Shown here: positions 26,690 through 37,549 of the stretch, one piece after another
Position numbering within the stretch: the stretch's first letter is position 1
How the letters are laid out: every line of letters begins with the position of its first letter
Source: Rhizodiscina lignyota
Taxonomy: Eukaryota
Direction of reading: 5' to 3'
Length of the DNA: 64,000 bases
Assembly: GCA_010015805.1 (NCBI GenBank)
Contig: ML978123.1
Coordinates: forward strand, 1,488,001-1,552,000
Position numbers and translations under genes: made by a program
Notes under the pieces: generated by a model
What the model saw: only the letters and a program-made list of their open reading frames with translations
The model's database searches: none
What the model was told of the DNA's origin: nothing

Positions 26690-27539
26690 GTGGGGAAACG
26701 GATGAGATGGTATACGCTTTTACGCAACGATTGATTTAGCGTGGCGTTAGGAGGTCGACTTCAAACATCTCTTTCAAGTTTAGTCATTTCCCATTTACAC
26801 GCATCAAAAGATAGATCTGTATAGGCTCGATTTCTCGTGAGTATTTCGTTGTAGATCATTCAGACGTACTCAAACCTGCTCTCAGCTACCCCGTTGCGAT
26901 GTCTTGTGAATCATTCTCCCAGCTTCAAATATGTTCTTTCTCGTGGGCAGCGAAGCAGAAAAGGATCCTTCAATGTCTACTCATGATCCCCATGTCTATG
27001 TCAAAGACTATCCTGATTGGTTCATCAGGTATGCCTTTGTCCAACACCCTCAGGGCCGCAATTATCAGATGCTCTACTGCTGTACCCGCCGGTTTTCTCT
27101 GTCGATGAAGTCGGGAGGTTCCAAGGCCATCTGAGAGAGGGCACTTCTTCTCTCGCCCACTATTGTCGAAACAAACGAAGAACATCCCGCCAACACCGCA
27201 CCGATTATCAGTTACCGGTCCACTTGGGCTCGAACAGGTACGAGTGTGCAGTATCTTAGCACTCAAGCCTGTAAAAGCCACTATTTGGGGGACAAGCGAT
27301 GATGTCGGTCGTCCGTGATTGCACCTATGGTCGGAGAGTTGAAATTGATAAGCGTGCTCTGAGTCTCGGTGTATCTAGTTCGTATATAGAGCATCATGGG
27401 GTTGCCTAATCGTACAAAAACTGGTTGGAATTATTGTGGCATCTAATTGCGTTCGTCTCGACGAGCGGGGAGTAGACGCTCAGCAACGACCTGGAAAGGA
27501 AGGGGGCTCAAGCAGTGTTCCAGCGCAGAAGTAATATAT

Positions 27540-28532
27540 TTACAACTCCAAACTACCCTTAGACTGACTGTCCTGAAGCGTCAAGGTCCCATACTTTTTA
27601 ATCGGACCGAACCATTCTTCGAAGGTCTTATTCAGCTCCCCTTCGCCGATTTGCATGTGGTCTCCCGGCGTCTTTCTAAACTCCAAACCTTCCTTCTCAT
27701 CCAACTTCTTCAGGCCAATCCAATCTTCTTTATATATGCTCCTCTCCCGCAATGGGGTAATCTCCTTACTCGTACCATTGACTTCTGAGAACCACTGGCT
27801 CTCCTTCGGAATTACCGTCGTATCATCCGCGAACTCAATCATGACCAATTTATTCAAAGCGGCCAAGCGCTCCGCATACGTCATGTTCTTCAACTCCCGC
27901 TCATTGTTCACGTCCGCGAGCAAGTTTGAATATTCGAGGTAATCGTCGGTCGGCTCGAGGGTGGTATCGTTGATTTCGCGATAGTACTGAGCAGGTACAA
28001 GCCGGCTCTGAGCGAGTGAGCTCCAGGCATTCGACCTCAGCAGCGTCATGGCGCCTTTGCACAGCCAATCTCCCGCCTTGCAGCCCGTGAAATCTGATAT
28101 GCCATTGTGTGGGCTGCCATATGTAACCAAGTTCCAGAGCGGCGTGCTATTACACCTCTGCGCGTACACCCTTAGAAACAACCCGCCTTGGCTGAATCCT
28201 AATGCATTGAGTGCTGGCGCTGTCGATAGGACCGGGTGCGCTGCAATATCCTCGCATACTTGCTGTACCTGCTCCGTCACATTTCCGTAGAAGGTAGCAG
28301 TTCGGTCGCTGCCTCCGTCGTCGCTGAGGTGGATCGGGTATACGTAGGTGCCTGGGTTGATCTTCTCGGCGAGCGTAGCGACGGCCTTGATGCCATCGGC
28401 ATCAAATCGGTCGCCGAGACCATGCCATATCAAGAGAGGGAGCTGGGTGGATTCGATTGACGGGTGAGACAATACGGAGGAGGCGAGTGCAGCGAAGATG
28501 AGAGCGCTCGCGGTCGACCAGAGTGAATACAT
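27540..28532 (-). CDS. PPT1: Palmitoyl-protein thioesterase 1 (secretory pathway alpha/beta hydrolase)
   Basis: Signal peptide, LPLLIWHGLGD, nucleophile motif GFSQGG, LVPAQYYR, DTTVIPKESQWF and GDHM. Confidence 0.9.
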   Translation of the reverse strand: MYSLWSTASALIFAALASSVLSHPSIESTQLPLLIWHGLGDRFDADGIKAVATLAEKINPGTYVYPIHLSDDGGSDRTATFYGNVTEQVQQVCEDIAAHPVLSTAPALNALGFSQGGLFLRVYAQRCNSTPLWNLVTYGSPHNGISDFTGCKAGDWLCKGAMTLLRSNAWSSLAQSRLVPAQYYREINDTTLEPTDDYLEYSNLLADVNNERELKNMTYAERLAALNKLVMIEFADDTTVIPKESQWFSEVNGTSKEITPLRERSIYKEDWIGLKKLDEKEGLEFRKTPGDHMQIGEGELNKTFEEWFGPIKKYGTLTLQDSQSKGSLEL

Positions 28533-29557
28533 CACGGTAGTAGGTGGTATGAGAGAAGCTTATCAATTGACTCTGAGAAGGATGGAATGGTGATCATACG
28601 AGGAATTCTCATTCCTCATCGTTGTGAGAGCATGCTGAAGCCCGTCGCAGCTGTACGCGCAGCTCCATGACGACCTCGACAAGGATGAGCTTCTAGATTC
28701 CCGCTAATGTACTAGCTTTATATGGCATAGCGGCTGCGGCTATTCGATCCATCCCTCTCCCGCTTTTGTATTCAGGTCTCGTGGCAGACTTGCACTTGGA
28801 ACAAACTCTTCTATGTTCAGCTGACGTGTTTGGTGCAAGATTCCCCACGTTGAGCTTTAAACGAGCAATTCTACTTAAACCGTTCTGCCGCGGCGAGTCT
28901 GTGTTGAGAATGCAGGAGCAACCCCAATCCTGCCGACGAGGCGGAACCTTACTTCGGTTCTTCGATTCTTCCATCGCACTTCTGAAGCATAGAATAATAT
29001 CAAATCTGTTGGTACCAATAACATATTGTTAGGAAACCCTCCATTAATAAAATATCTCTCCTACGCGTCTAAGCGCCCTACAGAACGCCCGCTGATCCAG
29101 CCCCCGATGACGAAGCAATTCCCTGCCAGTATTTCCCAAATATTGACCTGCAAGCCTTATGTTGGCAACAACAGACATACTTGCTTTCACAGGTTGAAGT
29201 CCAGCTCGTGGCTTGAGGCACTCTGCACACTTGTCAAATTATTGCGCTGCTCCGCCTCCCCTGGGGGCGAAGCCGTGCTTTCGAATGGCCGCCTTTCTGC
29301 CTTTAAGGCAAAAAATGTAACATAATCTCCGCAGCAGTGGGGCTCTAGACATTCTCTTAATAACACATCGTAATTTTTAGAGAATCTGGAGACAGCCAGG
29401 GAACCTTTGATGAGCTGCAGCGTCGGTGGGTTTGGACGTCGTCCAGCTCAACTATATCTGTGCACGCTTTTAATCTCTCACAATTTGTTTGCTCTCGTAT
29501 ACGTCAAGAACATGTTCTCCGATCCTTTCTCCCTTTACTCATAATAACTCAATCATA

Positions 29558-30479
29558 ATGTCGTCTAATCTCTTTTTCCAACCGTCTTGTCCTTCAGGTG
29601 GCCAGTGGTATGTCTGCGATTCAGACACATCCAAATTTGTCGGCTGTTGCGCGACCGATCCTTGCCACAGCAAAAACGGATGTCCAGCTGGTAATCTTAA
29701 GCCAGCAAGCTTCGATGCACAATACGAGGGCCAGTTTCATGACCAGCAATGCTCTGCCGGACGTTTCTGGACCTGCGCTACAACCGATCCACCGTTCCTC
29801 GGTTGCTGCGAAAGCAATCCATGTCAACCAGACAATTGTCCTTCGGGCAATTTGACTGCTGCGTTCTTGTCAAATGACCCAGATGCTGCTGCGGATTTCC
29901 TTGGCTCGACGGCACAGAGCTCCAGGTCTGGCCTATCTCCGGGAGCAATAGCAGGCATCGCTGTCGGTGGTCTCGTCGGGCTTATTTTGATCGCTGTCAT
30001 TGCATGGTTGTGGAGACGTACATCTCGCTTCAACCAGAAGTGCAATTCCAACATTCCCGAGGCTTCCAAGACAAACGACACCCATATTACGACTGTTAAC
30101 ATGGCGGAAAAGCGGGTTGGAGTTAGCGATGCAGAATGGACGGCTGGTACGCTGCAGGAACAATCACCTAAACGCGGTATTGTCTTATACTAATAAATCG
30201 ATAGGAGCATATGGTAGTCCGGCGCCTCCATACTACTCTCCTGAACAACAACAACAACAAGTCCAGTCACTACCGTACAGTTGCCAGTCATACCTTCCCG
30301 ACCACATGTACTGGGGTGGTAATCATGGCCCACAGAGCCGAAATGAATCACCTGCCAGGGGATTGGAGATACAGATACAGCCACAAGAGCTCGATTCCGT
30401 ACGGCCTCTACTCGAAATGCATGGAGACGACGTAATATCAGCGAAGATACGGCATTCGAGGGCTCCAGACAATCCTTAG
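29558..30479 (+). CDS. Single-pass membrane protein with a duplicated Cys-rich extracellular module
   Basis: Two repeats of C..G.(W/F)..C....F(V/L)GCC..(D/N)PC....CP.GNL..A.F, then TM segment GAIAGIAVGGLVGLILIAVIAWLW followed by RR. Probable short intron near 30177-30204. Confidence 0.75.
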
Positions 30480-31144
30480 TTCAATGAAATTGCCTTACCA
30501 ACATGCAAAGAGGCAGTGGAATGATTTTGCATTTCCACTTGGGCTTAGCAGACATACTGATGGAAAGTCCAGGAGGTAATTGCACAAGGCGTTAAATTGG
30601 TTCCAGTTCAGCTGTGATATTAGACATGTATCATATGAGATTCTTTATGAAATCTTTCAATTCCGAAAGAATAGCTCTCGAATTAAGTTCTATTTCAAGA
30701 GAGACTCTGAGATGGTCTTTGAAATCGTGGAGAAATTGAGCCGCGAGAGCCGCCGTGGAAGCAAAGACATATTCGACCTCAAGAAATTCAGTCTTCCACC
30801 TTACTGACATTTGTTACACAAAACCAGTAGTCAAAGCATCAGAAGCCCCAAATGATGTTTCCGAGGTCGCAAACTCCCACTTTACTGGAATGCAGACGCT
30901 CGCCGAGTTTCCGCTTGGTGTCCTTCTCCACAGATCTCCAAAGGAAACGGCCTGTTCACTTCCGCCTACGTCGGCACTGCCGGTCTTGGAGTGAAATTTA
31001 CCCTTAGTATAGACGAAGTAATATGTTCATCCGTATTTGTATCTAATTGCTGTATAAAGTCGTTGTTGCCTAGGTCAGTTCACAGTGGTGCATTGAACTA
31101 CCGCATCTTTCAATCAGTCCCCAGCTCACACGACAACTTTCGAC

Positions 31145-31764
31145 ATGGCACCTGCTCAAGTTCGCCGAGTGCTCACATCACACTCTGAAGATGGCAAGGC
31201 TATCTTCAGTCACGACGAGGAATTGACTCTTGTCAACCCGGTAACAAAGAAGCCACCAACGGAGGGAAAGGATGATGGCTCAGTGTCAGGAGCATACATG
31301 GCTTTGATCCACAGGACAACCGGCTATCCTCCGACCAATCAGGGCGCAGACGACGAGCTCGATGTTTCAAACCTGCAGCGGTCCAAAGGCGGCGTATTTG
31401 GAGGCACTATCTGTGAAGTTGTCGAATTACCACCAATGAAAGAGACCGATAAGCTAGGGATGCATCGGAACCAGAGCATTGACTATGGAGTCATTCTGAA
31501 GGGCTCCGTAACCCTAGTCTTAGATGATGGAGTAGAGAAGACATTGAGGGAGGGAGATGTTTATGTGCAAAGGTATTAGAACCACCCCCGAGAGTCAGAG
31601 CTTCAGGGCTAATTCATGTTAATAGAGGCACGATGCATGCGTGGAAGAACTTGTCGGGCGAGACCTGTCGGTTCCTGACAGTGATCATCCCAGCCGAGAG
31701 TGTCAAAGTCGCCACGACAGGAGAGTATTTGCAGGCGTCAAAGTTGCCTGGGTTGACCGACTGA
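31145..31764 (+). CDS. Cupin-2 barrel domain protein
   Basis: VRRVLTSH..DGKAIF, MHRNQSIDYGVILKG..LVLDDG, LREGDVYVQR|GTMHAWKN. Intron 31573-31625. Confidence 0.88.
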
Positions 31765-31829
31765 GTTCATTCAATCTTAACTACGTTCTTTCATGTTACA
31801 TAACCTACAAAAATCACGCTAGTGGCACT

Positions 31830-32571
31830 TCAGCAAGAGTCGCCAAACCTCTTCTGCTCGAATTCAGCCTCCGCCTTCACCTTCTTAAAGGCCTCAACAA
31901 ACGTTGATGGATCATCCGCGCCTTCAATTTCGACCCTGTCACTGATCGTGAAGTGTGGCACACCGCCAATGAATTTCATCTGTGCCTCCTTCACCTCCTT
32001 GTCAACCGCTGGCCCGCCCTTATCAGTCTCGAGCCAATCCTTAGCTTCAGCTTGATCGAGCCCAGCCTCCACCGCTGCCTTGAGGAGAACAGCATGACTA
32101 GTGATGTCCTGTTCCTTCTCGAAATAGGCTTCAAAGAGCTTTTCGACGACCTTGGTCTGCATCTCAGGTGATTTCGTCTTCGCAAGTTGGATCAGTCTGT
32201 GGCTGTCACGTGTATTTCCCGTTCGCCCTCCGAACTTGAAATTGATTCCCACGGAGTCGCCAACCATTGCAAGCCTTTGGAACATCATTTGAGATCGTTG
32301 AGCTCCAAATCGGCGAGCGTAGCGGGCCTGCTTGTCCTCGCCCTCATTGGGCGCCTCTGGGTCGAGGTAAAAAGGCGCCCAAGTGGTCGAGAAAGTGTCA
32401 TTGCTGTCTGGGTTCTCTTTCTTGAACTGTTCAATTCCCTTTTCGAGTCGCTTTTTGCCCACATAGCACCATGGGCAGACGGTGTCTGAGACTGTTCAAC
32501 TTAGTCAGCGGAAGCTCGCATAAATCGACTCTGTTTACGAACATACCGATATGGATCTGGAAATTCGTCAT
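31830..32571 (-). CDS. DsbA/FrnE-like thioredoxin-fold oxidoreductase
   Basis: Spliced N-terminus MTNFQIHIVSDTVCPWCYVGKKRL (intron 32492-32546), with CPWC active site, GNTRDSHRLI and GVPHF. Confidence 0.9.
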
Positions 32572-33114
32572 TGCGCGTAGTCCCGGCCGAAAAGCCACTG
32601 TGTACAGCAATAGATGTTGAATGTAATAAGAGAGATATTCTCCGTTTTATATGAGTTTCGAACAGAACCACTTTGCGGTCGCTGGAAGGTATATATATAT
32701 GGATTACCAATCCGTGATGGCGAATCTCGGGCTCTCGGATGCCGCCAACACCCCGAGATAATTGGAGGGGAACTTTCAACTCCAACCAAGCAGACAGGGG
32801 AGTACCTGAGTCCCTTTTGATTTTGTAATGATGGAGCTTTTTCATTGGCCTTCGAACTGCCTTTGACAATTATGTTGCCGTGAGAAGCTCATCGTATTGG
32901 TTTGCTCGTGCCGATGTCCCCACTCGGGTAAGTTCGAATATCACTTTCTGTCATTTTCTACACATCTGCTCAAAGATTTGGAAGCAGGAGGGTAAAGGAA
33001 CCGGAAGAATAAACGTTTTATTGGAGCTGTCATATCTCTTTCATGGCTTCCATTGGTCCAACGCCGCGCAATGCATAACAGACATCGCTCAAAATCAGGA
33101 ATGTGCAAAGCACA

Positions 33115-35474
33115 TCATATACAACCCACCCCCGTTCTCATGTTCTCAACAGTCTTCAGGCCTACACCTTTCAAAGCACCTAGCTGTGCTAGGTCGGTGA
33201 TGTCGTCCACGTCCATTTCGCATAGTGCCCCAACAATCGCCTCAGCTCGTTTTGCGCCAACCCCCTTCAATCCACGGATCTGAGAAATGTCCCGGGTATT
33301 GATGATCTGTAACAGATGAGCTGTTCGAGGCGTTTGTGTCAGTGGATCGGAGAAGGTGTTCGTATCTGGGCTCGCCGGAGCGTCACCCGAGACGAAGTGA
33401 TCCGACCGAGGAGGTATGAGGGCATACGAAGGAAGCGCAGGTTTTCGAAGCGTAGTTTTGGGCTTCGTAGTCGCTCTTGATTTTGGTTTAGAGCAATGCT
33501 CATCCTCGCAGTCATCGTCTTCGCCTAAGACATCTTGCCCCTCATCGTAATCATCGTCCTTTGAATCATCGCGCACAGCCTTCCTCTTTCTCCTGGCAGG
33601 ACTCGCATTAGAGAGCTCCGGTGCTCCATCATGGCAAGGATCTTCCCTCAGAGATTGCGTAGTGCTCTTCTGGCCCTCGATTTTCTCCTTCAGCGCCCTA
33701 ATCTTCCCCTCCAACTTCTCATTGCCCTTAAAGTACGGAAGGGCCAGTTCATACATGCGCAGGGCGCTCGAATTCTCACCTCTAGCTACATGCTGCTTCG
33801 CCATTAGCAGGAACTGCAGCCCTTCCCCTCTTGATCCATCTTCCTTCTCAGAAACTCTTTGCTCCAATGCATCTAGCCGTCTCTGAAGATCTTCAGGGAG
33901 TGCTTGTGTTGGCTGCGACTGGGCCTCCAGAGCCTTCTCCGCGAGCTTCTCATCAATGCGACGAGAGATGAGGTCCTCCAGGAGTTCTTGCGACAATCCT
34001 TGCTGTGCTCCAGCAGCGAATTTGGAAGACCGGGTAACCGATTCGGATGGGCGCATCAGCTTCGATGGGCGGCTAGAAGTGCCATGGATGTCTAATGTGC
34101 GTTTATCTGTTCTCTTTTGCTGGTGGGAGAGCGCCTGAGATTTGCCTTCTTGACTACGTTGCTTGTCTGAATACACGGAAAATGCCTTGACAAGCTTGTC
34201 AGTCTTGTCTGGTTTCTCATTTGCACCAACATGTACATTATGGGACGCTACTGAGATTGCACGTAGCGGCTGTCGCTGTATTGAAGGTCCAGTAATCGAA
34301 GCGGTGGCTTTAGTGACTGCGCCCGGGCCACCAAACACTGGTTCATTCTCAATCTCATTGACCTCAATCTTCTTGGTCCTGTTGGCGAAGTTTAAAGAGC
34401 TCAAGGTGTCTTGGTGATAGCTCCGTGAAGGCGCGAGATTGAGTATCATAATCGTCAGACCGTTGTTCTGGCCTAGTGAGAGTATTCGAGTCATCTTCGA
34501 CTCGCGGTATGGTATACGAGACTGTTTCTTGCTGATCGCTTCGACGCATTGGGCTAGCACGAAAAGGGACTTGTTGATGCTTGCAGACTCCACTAAGCGT
34601 TCGCGATTGTTGTCTGTCCGGCGGTTGTCCTCGGATCCTGCAAGATCAATTGCTGAAGCTGTACTGACGAGGGTATGGCTATCGCTGATCTGTGTGAGCT
34701 TTACGCAGAGGATTGCGTGGCTACGTGAAGAGTGTGCGTTCAACTGCGGCTTCCGTCAGTGTCTGGATGGTTGACAACCCGGCGTTTTCCCGCCCTACCT
34801 TGGTGGCAGATGTTGATCGATTGACATTAGCCTGGTCGTACAGGTACTCAAACTCTTTTAGGGTTGTACACGGTCTCTCCGTCAATCCTACTACCACGGT
34901 CTTTCCTCCATTATCCCGGATTGGCAACCCTGCAGGTGTTCGCTTTTCTGGGGGCTCGAAGAGGTCGAATACACGATCGTTGTAAATTTCATAGTAGCTC
35001 ATAGCCACTTCTACTTGTTTATCGCCCCCAGAATCCTTCTCAATCTTCCTTGCCCGCCTGTATATCGCGCTAAGGAGACGAGGAATTACGCCGCGGTCTG
35101 CGAGGGACTTTCCACCGCGCATAGTGTGTGTTTTGCCTGTGCCAGTGACTCCATAAGCGAAGAGAGTGACATCAAAGCCGCCGAAGAGGTGCTTGACAGT
35201 TGGCGACACTGTATCCACGTCAGTTGCTACGTTCTTCTACATTTTCCTGGACCGCAGATATACCTTCGTTCTCGAAAAGTTGTTGCTGAGTCGCATGTTG
35301 ATCATATACGCTGTTGAACTGGAAGCTGAATAGTTCTGCTTCGTTCTTCGGATTGGGTATCTTAAGGATGTTCGGATTCGTGTCGTCGTTCGCTGAGTCG
35401 ACGGTGACAATAGTGTCTTTTTCCAGCTCGGCCTTCCCTGGCGGGCGTATACGCGCGATAACGCGAACGCTCAT
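33115..35474 (-). CDS. Kinesin, KIF22/Kid-like, with C-terminal helix-hairpin-helix DNA-binding motifs
   Basis: MSVRVIARIRP, P-loop GVTGTGKT, switch motifs NAHSSRSH and DLAGSE, RIPYRESKMTRIL. Two HhH motifs, LKGVGAKRAE and LKGVGLKTVE. Two introns near 35212-35262 and 34742-34797. Confidence 0.92.
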
Positions 35475-35975
35475 CTTCTTATGCTGTAAAAGTAAGAATT
35501 GATTCTTACCGCTTCGTCAATTGTGACTGTTGAGCGAATGAATCCTGTTTGGAAAGATGTGCATGGTCTGGAAAGGTTCGTTGTAAGAGGGCGAGGTCTT
35601 GTTGGCAGGGCAACGTGATCGACCAACCCCCGTTCAGGGCGCCTTCAACTTCTCCAGTAGAAAGCACTTCTTCACAAGATATTGTGGTGATTGCATGCAA
35701 GCCTAATTAATGTGGATTGCGTTCAGCTATATATGATGTGCTCGTTTTTATAATCAGCTTACAAATTTCTCTCTCTATTTATTCTCTCGGGAGAGCTATA
35801 TCACTACATCCCCAATCTATAGAACTACTCAATTTAACGACAATGGAAGTTCACACCCTACATTCGCATTCACCGCCTTGAAAATCTCTCAATTGTCACA
35901 CAACGTACGGAGCATTAGGATGAAATATGTGCATATCGCGCATTGTTATTAATAAATAAATCAAACACCATCTTT

Positions 35976-36997
35976 CTATTTGGTTCCACCCAACTTCAGA
36001 TCAAAATCGACACACTCCTGAAGGCCCATGGCTTCATAGAAAGCCTTTGATCCTTGTTTCTTCCGATCCTCCGTTATGTACTGTCGGCCAGTGGATTTTA
36101 GCTGGCGATACATGATGGTGGCAGCTTCGTATACAACACTTAAGGCGGCAGAGGGGAATATCACTACTTTGAATCCCATTCGGTTGGCCTCGTCGATGGA
36201 TAGATCAGGTGTCTTGCCGCCAGTTATATTGTTAACGCTTATTTCAAGTCAGCACAATTACCAATTTAACACTGGGCGATATGATACTCACAGAACAGGA
36301 ATAGGAGCAAGATCCGCGCAGAGTCTTTCGCATTGTTCAACGCTTGTAAAGCCTTCTAGAAACGCCATCTCACCACCAGCCTTGACAGCATTCTTCAGAC
36401 GGGCTACAGCGGCGTCGTATCCCAGGGACTCGAGTGAGTCTGTACGAGCAATGATAACAATGTCCATTCCAGTTGTCGCTCGAAGCTCGTCTCTCGCAGC
36501 GACAGCGGCTTTTATCCGGTTCAAGTACACGTCCTCCTCAACAAGCTCCTTGTTCTTCGCTTGTCCCTTGTCCTCGAGATGCATCCCTGCTACGCCTGCT
36601 GCCATATATGCTCGTACAGTTCGCGCAACCATCAGCGATTCGCCGTACCCGGTGTCCGCGTCCGCGATAACGGGGACAGTTCGATCTAACGACGCGATCA
36701 TTCCGGCATTTTGGACCATGTCACTGAGGTTCGTGATCCCTAAATCAGGCATACCAAGACATGACGCAGCGGTGCCTGCTCCGGTCCTTGAACATATCAG
36801 TCCATGTTTTGTCCATCATGAGCGCCGCAGATGCACATGTATAGACATTCAAACCCTTCTCTTAAAGCTAGTCGTGCAGTAATCCCATCGTATACTCCGG
36901 CCGCCAGAGTCGTTTTTCCGGGTTGTGCCAGAAGATTGCGAAGTCGTGTGGCGCTGGACATTGGCCCACCGGGGATGTTTCCATTTGAGGCGCTCAT
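35976..36997 (-). CDS. ICL/PEP-mutase superfamily enzyme (oxaloacetate hydrolase/dimethylmalate lyase-like) with an atypical active-site loop
   Basis: GVYDGITARLAL, CLYMTGAGTAASCLGMPDLG, IADADTGYG, HLED, IIARTDSL, FLEG, GGKTP. Introns 36787-36836 and 36238-36291. Confidence 0.88.
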
Positions 36998-37203
36998 TTC
37001 GAAGGAGGTGAGTTGAGAATTATGAAGTCTGAAGGCCAGTCAATTCTCGAAGAGGAGATACTAAATGCTTAGATTGCTCAATTCCCGTTCAACCTGAATG
37101 TTTAACTTAAAGTTTCCTTCACCTACGAAGTAGCACTGGCAGTGCTCAAGGGGTGGAGTACATGATCGCGGAGTGCATAACTAGATCAGCCACATCCCTG
37201 TCT

Positions 37204-37217
37204 CGCCGACTTTTCGG
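37204..37217. promoter_or_regulatory. Candidate Zn2Cys6 binding site CGCCGACTTTTCGG (CCG-N6-CGG) in the divergent promoter
   Basis: An identical 14-mer recurs at 39862-39875, upstream of the dioxygenase. CGG triplets are the established half-sites of Zn2Cys6 factors. Confidence 0.6.
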
Positions 37218-37549
37218 ACTTTGGCTAGTACAGCCAATCAACATGCTCCTCATGTAATTGAATCGATCAGCCATGGGATGAGCGCTGCAGCACTTGTTCA
37301 GTGGAATGTGAAGGCCGTCTGCTTGGACGTCTTCAGTCAGGAGATACGATTTTCCACTCCGTCGAAACTGCGCCGCAGACGCGCTTTCCGTGAGGGGAAA
37401 CGAGAGGCGGCCAAATGAGACGTGAGGAGCGGAGATGTATCTCTTCTTGATCATTCCTGTATATCCAGGCAGGTGAAATACCGTTCTCTTCGATTTCTCG
37501 TAATTGGGATGTCTCATTTGGTCTCATTGTACTGTCCAGCGAACTCATA

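Noticed and set aside
26899..27300. Small plus-strand ORFs with a GTATGC donor-like site between the MscS and PPT1 genes
   Set aside because: No coherent spliced product or recognisable domain. It could be a decayed gene but cannot be supported.
18731..32571. Possible secondary-metabolite cluster formed by the NRPS-like gene, thioesterase, cupin and DsbA genes
   Set aside because: PPT1 has a signal peptide and is a conserved housekeeping-type enzyme. MscS is unrelated, and no shared motif or cluster regulator was seen.
36530..36590. PEP mutase / phosphonate biosynthesis call based on EDK
   Set aside because: The EDKxxxxxNS signature is not met, and the rest of the protein resembles the OAH/DMML branch.
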